A stretch of DNA of 63,271 nucleotides, counting the filler. It is 8 parts of 8 records of this genome, joined end to end, with 100 filler letters (N's around TTAATTAATTAA, not from the genome) between each part and the next. Parts side by side here need not be neighbours in the genome. Positions count along the whole stretch, not along the records: positions 8,864 to 14,349 come from SRR31156797_39719; positions 14,450 to 19,675 come from SRR31156797_39735; 6 more parts are not named here. One strand, given 5' to 3'. The notes beneath the pieces were generated by a model. That model ran no database searches, was not told where the DNA came from, and was given only the letters and a program-made list of their open reading frames with translations. A program made the translations under genes and the position numbers. Of this stretch, positions 9,103 through 19,071 are shown in pieces. Each line of letters begins with the position of its first letter. Position 1 is the stretch's first letter.

Positions 9103-10109
9103 ACCGACTCCTGTTCATTCACATCGATAATGGCGGTGCGCCTCGACTTCTTCATTCCCTGAAACGAACTGAATCCGATACTGATGAGAATCACAGCCCC
9201 CACAAGGAACTCGTACCACACCGCCGGAACGGCCATAAGGGTCAATCCGTTCTTCAATATGGCCAGGAGAGCGACCCCCAGGAACGCTCCGAAAACGCTG
9301 CCCTTGCCGCCGGCCAGGCTGGCGCCCCCCAGAACGACGGCCGCGATGACATCCAGCTCCTTTCCGACGATAGAGTTGGGAGCCACCGTCTGGACGAGAA
9401 GGGCCTGCACCACACCGGCCAGGCCGGACAGAAAGCCCAGGAAGGAGTAGACGAATGTTTCGGACAGGAACACATTGAATCCGACCCGCTCGGCCGATCT
9501 CCGATCCCCTCCCAGCGCATAGATACTGCGCCCCAATATGGTAGAGCGAAGAATGAATACGGCCGCGACGATGACCAGGAACCAGATGACGGTTATGATC
9601 GACAGCCCGTAGGGATTCCCGCCGGCATTGTAGAGCGTAAAGAGGCGGATCTCAGCAAACGACCGGAACCAGTCCGGCAGGGAGTAGATCCACTTGCCCC
9701 CCGTAATCACAATCAGGAATCCGTAATAGATATTCATCGTCGCAATCGTTGTGATAATGGGAGGGATCCTGAATGTGTATATCAGGTATCCGTTGAGAAA
9801 CCCGAGAGCCGTACCGATGGCAACGGCGATGATCACGGCCGTAAATATGTTCCCGCCCATTCGGATGATCGTTACGGCCATTATGTATTCGCTCACAGTC
9901 GCGATGGCCGGAAAGGAGATATCGATCCCTCCTGAAATCAGCACGAACAAAACGCCTATTGCCATGATCCCCACAAAGGAGTTGCTTTTCAGGAGATCGA
10001 ACATGTTCTCAGCGGTAAAAAAGTTTGCGTTCTTCGTTGTGATGACAATGGAAAGGAGCACAATGATCATCAATAAATATGTCTCATGGTATTTAAAAAA
10101 CTTCTTCAC
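9096..10109 (-). CDS. Sugar ABC transporter permease 1
   Basis: ISGGIDISF, IPPIITTIA, GRSIYALGG, ELDVIAAVVLGGASLAGGKGS. Confidence 0.95.
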   Translation of the reverse strand: MKKFFKYHETYLLMIIVLLSIVITTKNANFFTAENMFDLLKSNSFVGIMAIGVLFVLISGGIDISFPAIATVSEYIMAVTIIRMGGNIFTAVIIAVAIGTALGFLNGYLIYTFRIPPIITTIATMNIYYGFLIVITGGKWIYSLPDWFRSFAEIRLFTLYNAGGNPYGLSIITVIWFLVIVAAVFILRSTILGRSIYALGGDRRSAERVGFNVFLSETFVYSFLGFLSGLAGVVQALLVQTVAPNSIVGKELDVIAAVVLGGASLAGGKGSVFGAFLGVALLAILKNGLTLMAVPAVWYEFLVGAVILISIGFSSFQGMKKSRRTAIIDVNEQESVC

Positions 10110-10113
10110 TTGC

Positions 10114-11616
10114 TCATCCTTTCTCAGACATCTCGATACAGTTCAGAATATCTTCTTCCTGAACATCTTCGGTGATAAACTCATCAACGATCCGCCCGCG
10201 ATTCATAACCAGAACACGATGGCAGCTGTTCAGCACCTCCGGAACCTCATCGGATATAAGGATCACCCCCAGCCCCTGGTTCGCCAGCGTCTTGATGGAC
10301 TCATGGATGCTGCCCTTCGCCGCAACGTCGACGCCGACGGTAGGACCGTCGAGTATGAGAAGCTTCGGATCGGTGGCAAGCCACTTCGCGATGACCACTT
10401 TCTGCTGGTTTCCCCCGGAAAGGGTAGAAACGGCGGACTCCACTGACGGGATCTTGATATTGAAGCTGGAGACCAGATCGGAGACCCGGGCATCCTTCTT
10501 GCCGTGATCTATAATAGAGAATCTCTTTACGAGCCTGTCGATAATGGTTACAACGGTGTTCCTGGCCACTGACTGTTCCATAACAAGGCCCTGGACAAGT
10601 CTGTTTTCCGGGACATAGGCCACCCCCTTCTCAACGGCCTGCTCAACCGATTTGAAATGGATGGCTTCGCCGTTCAGCGTCACCGATCCCGTATCGAAGG
10701 GATTCATTCCGAACAGGGACATGGCCAGCTCCGTTCTGCCTGAGCCGAGCAGCCCCGTAATCCCCAGGATCTCACCAGGGTAGAGACTGAAGCTGATATC
10801 CTTGAAATTGTCTTTTTTGGATAGGGAATCGACCTTCAGGAGGACCCTGTCCGAGGAGCGCTGTCCCTCGTTCTTCGAGTACTCAAAATTCCCGCCGGTC
10901 ATCAGATATTCGATCCTCTTGCTGTCCAGTTCGGACGCGGGATAACAACCGATTTCAACACCGTCCCGGAGAACCGTAACCTGTTCCGCGACGTCCATGA
11001 CCTCATTGAGCTTATGGCTTACGAAGATGATCGCTATGCCCTTCTGCTTAAGATCCCGAACGACATTCAAAAGAGCGCTGATCTCTTTCTTCGTCAACGC
11101 CGTCGTGGGCTCATCCATTATGAGCAGCTTCAGATCGCCTGTTAAGGCTCGACAGATGGCAATCAGCTGCTGATCCGCAATAGAGAGATCTCCCACCATG
11201 TGGTCCAGGGGTATATCGATATGGATTCGCTCCATGGCCTTGCGGGCGATGTCGACGTACTCTCTGCTGTTCATAAGCTTTCTGCTGCCGGATATCATAC
11301 GGCTGAGTCCTATATTCTCAGCTACGGTCAGATTGGGAAACAGAGAAAGATCCTGGTAGATCACCTCGATCCCTTCGTGTATGGATTCGATGGAACTCCT
11401 GTTTTTACTCAGCACTCCATTGATAAAGATCTCGGAACCTGCTTCAGGAGTCTCAACACCAGAGATGATCTTGATCAATGTGGACTTCCCTGATCCGTTT
11501 GTACCGGCAAGGCAATGCGCCTCGCCGGCGTGAATTTCAAAATTGACACTGTCTAATGCCTGAACACCAGCGTAGCGCTTACTGATATTCTTCATTGTCA
11601 GAAAAGCAGAGGACAT
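10114..11616 (-). CDS. Sugar ABC transporter ATP-binding protein (two NBDs, RbsA-like)
   Basis: GTNGSGKST, LIMDEPT, LSGGNQQKV; start placed at ATG 11616 after a GAGGT SD. Confidence 0.95.
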   Translation of the reverse strand: MSSAFLTMKNISKRYAGVQALDSVNFEIHAGEAHCLAGTNGSGKSTLIKIISGVETPEAGSEIFINGVLSKNRSSIESIHEGIEVIYQDLSLFPNLTVAENIGLSRMISGSRKLMNSREYVDIARKAMERIHIDIPLDHMVGDLSIADQQLIAICRALTGDLKLLIMDEPTTALTKKEISALLNVVRDLKQKGIAIIFVSHKLNEVMDVAEQVTVLRDGVEIGCYPASELDSKRIEYLMTGGNFEYSKNEGQRSSDRVLLKVDSLSKKDNFKDISFSLYPGEILGITGLLGSGRTELAMSLFGMNPFDTGSVTLNGEAIHFKSVEQAVEKGVAYVPENRLVQGLVMEQSVARNTVVTIIDRLVKRFSIIDHGKKDARVSDLVSSFNIKIPSVESAVSTLSGGNQQKVVIAKWLATDPKLLILDGPTVGVDVAAKGSIHESIKTLANQGLGVILISDEVPEVLNSCHRVLVMNRGRIVDEFITEDVQEEDILNCIEMSEKG

Positions 11617-11654
11617 TGTTGTTACCTCATTGACTTGTAGTTTATTGAGCCGAC

Positions 11655-11678
11655 CCCCTGTGGATAATTCCACAGGGG
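11655..11678 (-). terminator. Stem-loop downstream of the SBP gene (mRNA stabiliser or partial terminator)
   Basis: CCCCTGTGGA-TAAT-TCCACAGGGG perfect 10-bp stem between the SBP and ATPase genes. Confidence 0.6.
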
Positions 11679-11696
11679 TATATTTTTAATTAAATG

Positions 11697-12695
11697 TCAG
11701 AAGCCGAAGCTGTCAACATTATCCTTAGTGATGTCGATGACAGCATCCACCTTGATAACATCTCCGTCCAGTTCCACTTTTCCAAGTCCGGGGATTTCCA
11801 TCCCGGCCGTAATCGCCTTGCCGTCTACCAGCTGCTTTGCGATCCAGGTCATGGCAAATCCGGCATCCTTGGGATCCCACAGAATGCCATGCTGCATGGA
11901 GCCTTCCTTAAGATAGGGGGCCGCATGATCGGGGAGAACCGTACCGACAACGGAAATTTTCCCGGCCAGCCCCTTCTCTTTCAGAGCCTGAGCGGCCCCC
12001 GGAGGGCCAAGGCTGCCAAATCCGATAATGCCCTTAAGATCGGGATAGGTCTTTATAAGCTCGAGGGTCTTCTGCTTCGCCAGCTCCTGATCCTCACCGC
12101 AGGGGATCCTCTCGGTAACCAGCTCGAGATGGGGATACCTCTCCTTGGCATATTTCAGACCTTCATCGGCCCAGAGGTTATGAAGGGGAACGGTCAGACT
12201 GCCGACAAAGATGGCGTACTGACCGGAATCGCCCATGTTCTCTACCAGCATGTCCCAGAAATGACGACCGAACCTGACGTTGTCGATCAGCTCGATATCA
12301 TAGTCCTTGCCTCTCTGATCGGGAGACTCATGGGTGATAATCCTGATGCCCTTGTCGGCGGCCTTCTTGAAAGCCGGTTCAAGAGCATTGGCATCGTTGG
12401 GGGTTATACAGATCGCGTCAACGCCCTTGTTGATGAGATCCTCAACCATCTTCACCTGCTGGGCGGGATCGGCGTCCGAGGGACCGATCTGATAGGCCTT
12501 TACGCCCAGTTCCTTATCCGCCTGCTTGACTCCTTCTTCCAGCCTGTTGAACCACGGAATGCCTGTGATCTTCACAACAGTCGCAATCTCGGGCTCTCCC
12601 GCTCCCGCCTCGCTTTGTCCACCGGCAAACAATGACGGCAAAACCAAAAAGAAACAGAATGAACCGACGAGCACATGTTTCAGAAAGCATTTCAT
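11697..12695 (-). CDS. Sugar ABC transporter substrate-binding protein (LsrB/RhaS-like family)
   Basis: VVKITGIPWFNR, DADPAQQV, LWDPKDAG; spirochaete-style SLFAGGQSE signal region. Confidence 0.9.
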   Translation of the reverse strand: MKCFLKHVLVGSFCFFLVLPSLFAGGQSEAGAGEPEIATVVKITGIPWFNRLEEGVKQADKELGVKAYQIGPSDADPAQQVKMVEDLINKGVDAICITPNDANALEPAFKKAADKGIRIITHESPDQRGKDYDIELIDNVRFGRHFWDMLVENMGDSGQYAIFVGSLTVPLHNLWADEGLKYAKERYPHLELVTERIPCGEDQELAKQKTLELIKTYPDLKGIIGFGSLGPPGAAQALKEKGLAGKISVVGTVLPDHAAPYLKEGSMQHGILWDPKDAGFAMTWIAKQLVDGKAITAGMEIPGLGKVELDGDVIKVDAVIDITKDNVDSFGF

Positions 12696-12766
12696 CTCTT
12701 AGACTCTCCTTTATAAAGGGTATTTATTATTTTCCTGGTACGGATACCAGGAAAGTAACAACTGAT

Positions 12767-13423
12767 TTATTTCCCCTGACCGTAATGGTTCCTGGCGAAA
12801 TCCTGCATCGCCGCAATATCCTCAGGGGAGATCAATTGGGGAGTTCCGATGGAACGGGCCAGGATATAGATCTGTGCCGATTTTTCAACCACAAAGATGA
12901 TCTTCATAGCCGCATCGAAATCGCCTCCCACACAGATCGTTCCATGGTTGGGAACCATGACAGCATTGCGGTCGCCCAGGGCTTTCACCACGTTCTCCGC
13001 CAGTTCGGGAGTCCCCGGCAGGGCATAGTCGCAGTTGATAATCCTGTCTCCCACAATCTGAACGAAGTCTTCACTTATACCGGGAAGATCTTCGTTGAGA
13101 ACGCCGAACACGCTTGAGTAGATAGGATGGGTATGGATGACCACATTCACGTCAGGTCTGTTATTCATAATGGAGATGTGAAAATTGAACTCTATAGAGG
13201 GCTTTCTCTTTCCCTCCACGACCTCAAAATTGCTGTTCATGATAACAACATCGTCTACTGTGATATCCGGATAGGGCATCCCGCTGGGTTTTATATAGAT
13301 CAATCCGGTCTCGGGATCTCTGATACTCAGATTTCCCCATGTTCCCACTGTCAGTCCCTGACTGAAGAGCTTCATCCCACCGTCAACGATGGCCTGTTTA
13401 AATGTCTTCTTACTATTGCTCAA
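12767..13423 (-). CDS. Class II aldolase/epimerase (FucA/AraD family)
   Basis: GTWGNLS, IKPSG, KPSIE..FH, VIHTHP, NHG metal-binding His motifs; TTG start after AAGGA. Confidence 0.9.
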   Translation of the reverse strand: MSNSKKTFKQAIVDGGMKLFSQGLTVGTWGNLSIRDPETGLIYIKPSGMPYPDITVDDVVIMNSNFEVVEGKRKPSIEFNFHISIMNNRPDVNVVIHTHPIYSSVFGVLNEDLPGISEDFVQIVGDRIINCDYALPGTPELAENVVKALGDRNAVMVPNHGTICVGGDFDAAMKIIFVVEKSAQIYILARSIGTPQLISPEDIAAMQDFARNHYGQGK

Positions 13424-13443
13424 AATATCTTCCTTAAAATCGA

Positions 13444-13483
13444 ATGTTACATTAGTATCATTAATGTGGTACTATAGTAACAT
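13444..13483. promoter_or_regulatory. Candidate DeoR-family operator (imperfect palindrome)
   Basis: ATGTTACATTAGTATCA...TGGTACTATAGTAACAT in the divergent intergenic region. Confidence 0.45.
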
Positions 13484-13574
13484 CCTAGGTTATAACTGTC
13501 AAATTATTAATTCAACTATTGCTATTAATATAATTTTGCTAGTAATCTAGCGCCTATACCGGAGTGAGGAAGCA

Positions 13575-14349
13575 ATGAACGCCAAACAGGAAAGGATTGA
13601 GAGGATTCAGAGTATGATCAGGGAGTCTCAGTCCCTCTCGATACGCAAGCTCTCAGAACTGCTGGATGTTTCCGTTATGACAATAAGAAGAGACATTGAC
13701 GGTATTCTCAAGGATCCGGACATTCAGATGATTAGGGGCGTGTTCCTTTACACTCCGTTTCAGGAGGCTGAAGAAAACTCGAACTACTCAGTTATATCCG
13801 CATCGACGGAACATAAGGAAGCGAAACAACGCATTGCCGATGAAGCAGTTAGAATGATAGAGCCCAATGACCACATCCTTTTGGACGCCGGCTCGACGAC
13901 CGAATTCCTGGCGAAAAGCCTTCCAGACGACAGGACCCATAACGTACTCTGCTTCAGCCTGAACATCCTGAACATCATACTGGCGAAGAAGGAATCATTC
14001 GTAACGATTCCCGGAGGGAAGTACCACAGCAGCTCAATGATGTTCGAAAGCCGGGAAGGTATTGAGCTGGTAAAGAACTCGAGGGTGAATAAGGCATTCA
14101 TCTCGGCCAGCGGCGTTAATCTCAGGCTGGGAGCGACGTGCTCTGCTGAGTTTGAAAGGGAATTGAAAAAATCCGCCCTCGCATCGGCACAGACGAGGAT
14201 CCTGCTGGTGGATTCTTCAAAATTCAATAAGGTCCAGAGCTTGTATTTCGCTGATCTGAAGAATTTTGATATCATTGTAACAGACAAGGATATTCCGGAT
14301 GAGATCGCTGAGGAAATCAGGAAGTGGGATATCGGGCTGAGGATCGTTT
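13575..14349 (+). CDS. DeoR/GlpR family transcriptional regulator (stop not reached)
   Basis: HTH LLDVSVMTIRRDI, ILLDAGSTT, LLVDSSKF, IIVTD. Confidence 0.95.
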
Positions 14350-14449
14350 NNNNNNNNNNNNNNNNNNNNNNNNNNNNNNNNNNNNNNNNNNNNTTAATTA
14401 ATTAANNNNNNNNNNNNNNNNNNNNNNNNNNNNNNNNNNNNNNNNNNNN
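14350..14449. other. Artificial contig spacer
   Basis: N44-TTAATTAATTAA-N44. Confidence 0.99.
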
Positions 14450-15760
14450 CGCTTCGACATCCTCTAACAGGCTCTTGTCGATAGGAACGCGTTCGCCGGA
14501 AATAACCAATTCGACTTCTTTTTCCATTTTATGAGAAATATCGCGAACCAGGCGAGGAAACTTCTTGAGGATATTGTCCATTTCCACCTGGCGAACTTCC
14601 ATGATTGACTTCTGTAAGTTTATTATGTCGTTAGAAATAGATCTATTAACCGCTGCGAAATCCCTTACCAGCGCCGGAGCAATTCCTGCTTTTCTGAAAG
14701 AATACTGGAGATGATTCAGAATCTCGGATTGAGTGATCAACTTACCGACCGAATCAAGAAAATGGTCGACCTTTTTCTCATCAACACGGATTGTTTTTAC
14801 CTGGGACACCGAAGTCGGCTTTTCGACGGCCAAATCCTTGGGGCCTGAATCATCAACCGCCGCATCACGGCGTTCGGAACCTTCTGATTCAGTCTGCAGT
14901 TGATCCTTGATATCCTCCAGGATCATATTGAAAAACTCGATAACCATGGCGTCTATTTCCAGGGTTTTTTCCCTGTACATGTCTATCCCGTCGGAAAGTT
15001 CGGCCAGAACGCCCATGATATCTTCTTCCGCAACTTCAAAAAGCGACTTGATCATTTCGTCAAGGGCTTTGAAGAAATCGTCAATATCGGCATCGGAAAA
15101 GGCGCCGGATTCAAACTTTTCCAGCCCTGATTCAAATGATAGTATGTGTGAAGTGACATCAACGCCCTGGTAGGTGTATTTAATGCCGCTTGCAGTTTCG
15201 TCTAAGGATAATTGATTGATAATGTTCGACAACTCTGCCATGTACCTGCGCAGTCGCTGAGTGTCGATTTCATCAAGGGATGCAATGAGCGAATCGAGTT
15301 CACCGAGAAGATTGCCTGCTGCTTCAACGAAAGCATCTTCCCGGCGAGTTATCATTTCGAGTTGGTGGTTGATCTCTTCTATGAACTGGGCGTGTTCCGG
15401 AGTCAGATTTATATAGCTTATATCCTCTTCCAGGCGGATTATCACGTCGCGGAATATATCGTTCCCTCTGAACAACAATTCCACGATTTTCGGGCGCCGC
15501 TCAAGGATCGAATTATCCTCATCGATGATTTGCATAAGATCTTCCAATTTGTGGGCAATGTGGCCAATGTTGTCCACATTGAACATTTTGGAAGAGCCTT
15601 TGAGAGAATGAAGATGCCTGAAAAGAGAGAATATAACCTCGCTGTTGGCGGGGTCCTGCTCGATAGCCACCAATTCAGTGTCCAGGATGCCGATTGTCTC
15701 CCGAACCTCATCCTTGTATTGTTCAAACAGTTCAGCCAGGCTTTCGTCGGCAATATCCAT
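14450..15760 (-). CDS. cheA: Chemotaxis histidine kinase CheA (3' truncated)
   Basis: Hpt FRHLHSLKG, dimerisation TIRVDEKKVD..LDSVGKL, kinase entry KFPRLVRDIS..KEVELVISGE..IDKSLLE. Confidence 0.92.
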
Positions 15761-15805
15761 TACTCACTCCAGAAAAGATCACTTATGTATCTGCTGATTA
15801 TCGCC

Positions 15806-16219
15806 TTACATATCCAATGCTTTTTTGATGGCCGTCATGACCTTTTCTTCATCATACGGTTTGAGAATGTATTGCTTTGCCCCAATTTTCAAGCATTTCA
15901 TGACCGTGCGTGCATCGGACACGGAAGAGGCCATGATTACTTTTGCTTCGGGATATCTTTCCATTATTTTTTCGAGGACTTCAGTTCCTCGCATTTTAGG
16001 CATGATAATATCAAGAGTCATCAAATCGGGATTAAGCTTCTGAAATAATTCTATGGCTTCAATTCCATCTTCGGCCATGCCGACCACATTAAAACCGTTG
16101 TCCGTGAAAAACTTGGCCAGCATGTTGCGCATGACAGGGGAATCATCAACTATCAGAACGCTTTTGGGATCGTCAGATGCAGATGCGGAGGATGTGCTTG
16201 TGGTCTGATCGTCAGTCAT
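15806..16219 (-). CDS. cheY: CheY-like single-domain response regulator
   Basis: VLIVDDS, MTLDIIMP, YILKPY; start at ATG 16219 after GGAGG; directly upstream of cheA. Confidence 0.85.
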   Translation of the reverse strand: MTDDQTTSTSSASASDDPKSVLIVDDSPVMRNMLAKFFTDNGFNVVGMAEDGIEAIELFQKLNPDLMTLDIIMPKMRGTEVLEKIMERYPEAKVIMASSVSDARTVMKCLKIGAKQYILKPYDEEKVMTAIKKALDM

Positions 16220-16613
16220 GTCTTGCCTCCCTGTGGATAAAATAACTATCGGCTTATTATACTGCGTCCGCCATAAACAATGAAAATCATATTTTGACAG
16301 ACACTTAATAATTATAAGCAATTAAAAGAAATGGAACAAGGGTTGCGGAACTTAATGAGAATTAATCCGGATTTTACGGCGGGTCTGCAGCCATCGTTTC
16401 ACCTGCCGAAGCCGCCCGAAAATTATGTTACAGGGCGGATGACGGCGGCACACCTGTTGGGGCGATTAGCAAACCGCCCCTATCAGGTCCGTGCAAGGGC
16501 TCCGCACCAATAGCGACCATGCGTGCACCCAAAGCTTGCGTCCCTGACGGGCATTCCTGAAATCAAGATTAAGACTGTAGCTTATCTATGTTGAATTAGA
16601 AAAGAGCTTGTAG

Positions 16614-16652
16614 AAAAAAACGACCCCATGCCCGTTAGCGTTCATGGGGTCG
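16614..16652 (-). terminator. Intrinsic terminator of the acs operon
   Basis: CGACCCCATG...CATGGGGTCG 10-bp stem followed by T7 on the minus strand, downstream of acsE. Confidence 0.75.
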
Positions 16653-16708
16653 ACTTCTCTGATTCCGTTCCCGTAAAAACGGGCGTTAACCGGAAAAATT
16701 AAGGTCTG

Positions 16709-17626
16709 TTAGACATCCAGCCATGATTCGCTGAACAGGCTGTGTCCCAGGATGACCTTGGCGGTCTTGACATAATCAACGGCTTCCTTGTCCATGGTGG
16801 AATAATCGTATTCCTGTCCGTCCATTACGCCGTAAACCAGGTCGACGATGTCCTGACGTTTTCCCCTGGCGATATCCATGAGAACGGAATCAAAAGCGTC
16901 GACGATACTGGCATACATGCCCTTTCTGGCCAGCATGCACATGTATGTCTGGTTAAGGATGGGGCGCAGGTGTTCGGCATTGCCGTTGGAAATGTTGGAC
17001 AGCCCGTTGGTGGAGCGGATGGGCTGGGCTTCAGGGTCCAGGGCGGCGGCGATATCCGGCAGCATGTCGAAGAACTCGAAGTTGTTCATGAGCTGTTCCT
17101 GCTGGATGTTTACCGGAGTAATAATAGGATCGATATAAATATGCTCCATGGGGATGCCGTGGCCCTGGGCGGCCATGATCAATTCCGTGGACCACTCGGC
17201 CCTTTCATTGGCGTCCCTGGCCATGCCGGTGGGACCCCACATCAGGGCCACCATATCCGCGTCGTGATCGGCGCAAATGGGCAGCATGGGTTCGTATCTT
17301 TCGGGCCGGCACATGATCGAGTTCATCATCGCCCTGTTTTTGCAGACCTTGAGGCCCGCGGCCATGGCGTCGATATTCGAGGTGTCCAGCACCAGCGGAG
17401 TGTCCGTGACTTCCTGAACGGTCTCGACGACCCAGGTCATCAACTCTTCGCCGCCTTTGCGGGCAGGTCCGAGGTTGATGTCGATCCAATCGACTCCGAT
17501 TTCGGTCTCTTTTTCGGCCATCTCCCGAATGGGGCCCGGATCTTTTTCCTTAAATGCCTTTCCGATCGCCCTGCTGATGACGTTCAGGTTCTCGCCGATG
17601 GTCTTCATATATTTGTTATCGGGCAT
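16709..17626 (-). CDS. acsE: Methyltetrahydrofolate:corrinoid iron-sulfur protein methyltransferase
   Basis: Pterin-binding barrel (IGENLN, WIDINLG, PLVLDTSN, IYIDP, GLSNISNG); follows acsC; GGAGG SD before ATG 17626. Confidence 0.9.
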   Translation of the reverse strand: MPDNKYMKTIGENLNVISRAIGKAFKEKDPGPIREMAEKETEIGVDWIDINLGPARKGGEELMTWVVETVQEVTDTPLVLDTSNIDAMAAGLKVCKNRAMMNSIMCRPERYEPMLPICADHDADMVALMWGPTGMARDANERAEWSTELIMAAQGHGIPMEHIYIDPIITPVNIQQEQLMNNFEFFDMLPDIAAALDPEAQPIRSTNGLSNISNGNAEHLRPILNQTYMCMLARKGMYASIVDAFDSVLMDIARGKRQDIVDLVYGVMDGQEYDYSTMDKEAVDYVKTAKVILGHSLFSESWLDV

Positions 17627-17654
17627 GGTCTGCAATCCTCCAACTGGTTTTTTG

Positions 17655-19004
17655 TTATGCTACTTTGAATTCTTTAAGGAACTTCGGAATATGCGCGGCC
17701 TCTCTCGGGCCGATTGTAATATTCCAGTCAGGCAGTTCTTCTTCCAGGTCGCCCATGATAGCCGCGGCGTAACCCGGAATAATCAGGGACCTGTGCTTGA
17801 CCTTATCCGCTATTCCGCATTTTTTCACGAACATGCCCACAGCGTCGCCGACAAACTTGCCGGCGGCCCAGGCTGTCAGAACCGATAATCCCTCGGTGTC
17901 CTGAATAAGCAGCCAGGCAGGTACGCGGCTGCCCTCTATCTCTCCGGAAACAATAAAGTATGTCAAGGAGAAATTCGAAGTGACCAGAACCGGTGAGTTT
18001 TCATCCGGGCCGTTAATGTCGTAGATACCCTGGCTCACGGTCATGGGTCTTTGCGGGTCGGTAAAGATATTCAGCCGTTCCAGCAGAAGCGGGAATATGG
18101 TTGAACCTTCGAAATCCGACATGACTATGATGCCGGTGTACTTGGCGATAAGCCCGGCGGCGATTGTAACCTGCATGGACAGGGAATCGGTCATTTCGCA
18201 GGGGAAGGCGATGGTCGGGAAGCCGAGGGAACGGTTCTGAGCCATCAATGCCGCGCGACGAATAGCCACGGAATCGACCAGGGACTGTTGTACGGTCCTG
18301 GAACCGCTGTCCAAAATCAGGTCTTTTAAACCCATTTCGGTCAGCTTGTCGGTAAGTTCCATGAGCGCGGAAACGTCGTCGGCTTTCACGGCCAGCGGAC
18401 ATCCGGCTTCCAGGGCCAATTTGCCCATGTCTTCAAAATTGTCGGCTGTGGCGGTATAAATAAGCGGATTGTAAGCGCCGACCGCTTCCAGGGCCTGTTT
18501 CATGACGGCCGGATCCTCGGACATCAGGATCAGACTGAGGTCGCATTTGTCAACTATCAGTTTTGCCGCGGAGGCGAATTTGGCGCCGTCGCCGGAAACG
18601 CATTTAAGAGCGATAAGTTCCGGTCTCAGGTTCAAACCGACGCGCTCATACTGATAGGCCATATAGCGCTTGCATTTTTCCTCGATCACGCCGGCATCGG
18701 CGTCATCAGAAATCAGGGCAGCCAGCCCCGGAGGATTGAAAAAGGTTTTTTCATGGCGAAAAAGGACGGTTTCTCCGCCTGTCTTGACCGCCGTATCCCC
18801 ATAACCGATAGTCAGCGGCCTGATCGGAGGTGCGGAAGCCGCTGATAGTTGTTCGCTTGATTCATCCGAAACATGGGGACAGGCGTCGAGTTCCGCCTTA
18901 CCCGACGCCAGGTTCATGGCAAAAGCCAGGCATGTCGGGGAACCGCAATCGCCGCAGTTCGTTTTTGGTAGAAGTTTAAAAATCTGAATTCCGGTCAGGG
19001 CCAT
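17655..19004 (-). CDS. acsC: Corrinoid iron-sulfur protein large (gamma) subunit
   Basis: LPKTNCGDCGSPTCLAFAM, GGETVLFRHEKTF, IFTDPQRP, SVLTAWAAGKF, GPREA. Confidence 0.97.
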   Translation of the reverse strand: MALTGIQIFKLLPKTNCGDCGSPTCLAFAMNLASGKAELDACPHVSDESSEQLSAASAPPIRPLTIGYGDTAVKTGGETVLFRHEKTFFNPPGLAALISDDADAGVIEEKCKRYMAYQYERVGLNLRPELIALKCVSGDGAKFASAAKLIVDKCDLSLILMSEDPAVMKQALEAVGAYNPLIYTATADNFEDMGKLALEAGCPLAVKADDVSALMELTDKLTEMGLKDLILDSGSRTVQQSLVDSVAIRRAALMAQNRSLGFPTIAFPCEMTDSLSMQVTIAAGLIAKYTGIIVMSDFEGSTIFPLLLERLNIFTDPQRPMTVSQGIYDINGPDENSPVLVTSNFSLTYFIVSGEIEGSRVPAWLLIQDTEGLSVLTAWAAGKFVGDAVGMFVKKCGIADKVKHRSLIIPGYAAAIMGDLEEELPDWNITIGPREAAHIPKFLKEFKVA

Positions 19005-19032
19005 CTTACTCTCCTCATCCGGCTATGGCTGT

Positions 19033-19057
19033 CCCCCGGTCCTTTTGGGACCGGGGG
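19033..19057 (-). terminator. GC-rich stem-loop between acsB and acsC (no U tract; likely stabiliser)
   Basis: CCCCCGGTCC-TTTTG-GGACCGGGGG. Confidence 0.55.
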
Positions 19058-19071
19058 CGCTTGTTCATTAT

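Noticed and set aside
11660-11668. Perfect DnaA box TGTGGATAA (another at 16232-16240)
   Set aside because: Single isolated copies on different contigs, one inside a hairpin; no box cluster or dnaA, so no oriC call
11694-12635. Long antisense ORFs (also 16742..17668, 19045..19731, 60224..61120)
   Set aside because: Shadow frames of well-supported genes on the opposite strand
16500-16560. Possible c-di-GMP-I riboswitch upstream of cheY (GGGACGCAAG on the minus strand)
   Set aside because: No upstream GGCAAA or GNRA-capped stem and no matching second hairpin; only an Infernal hit would revive it
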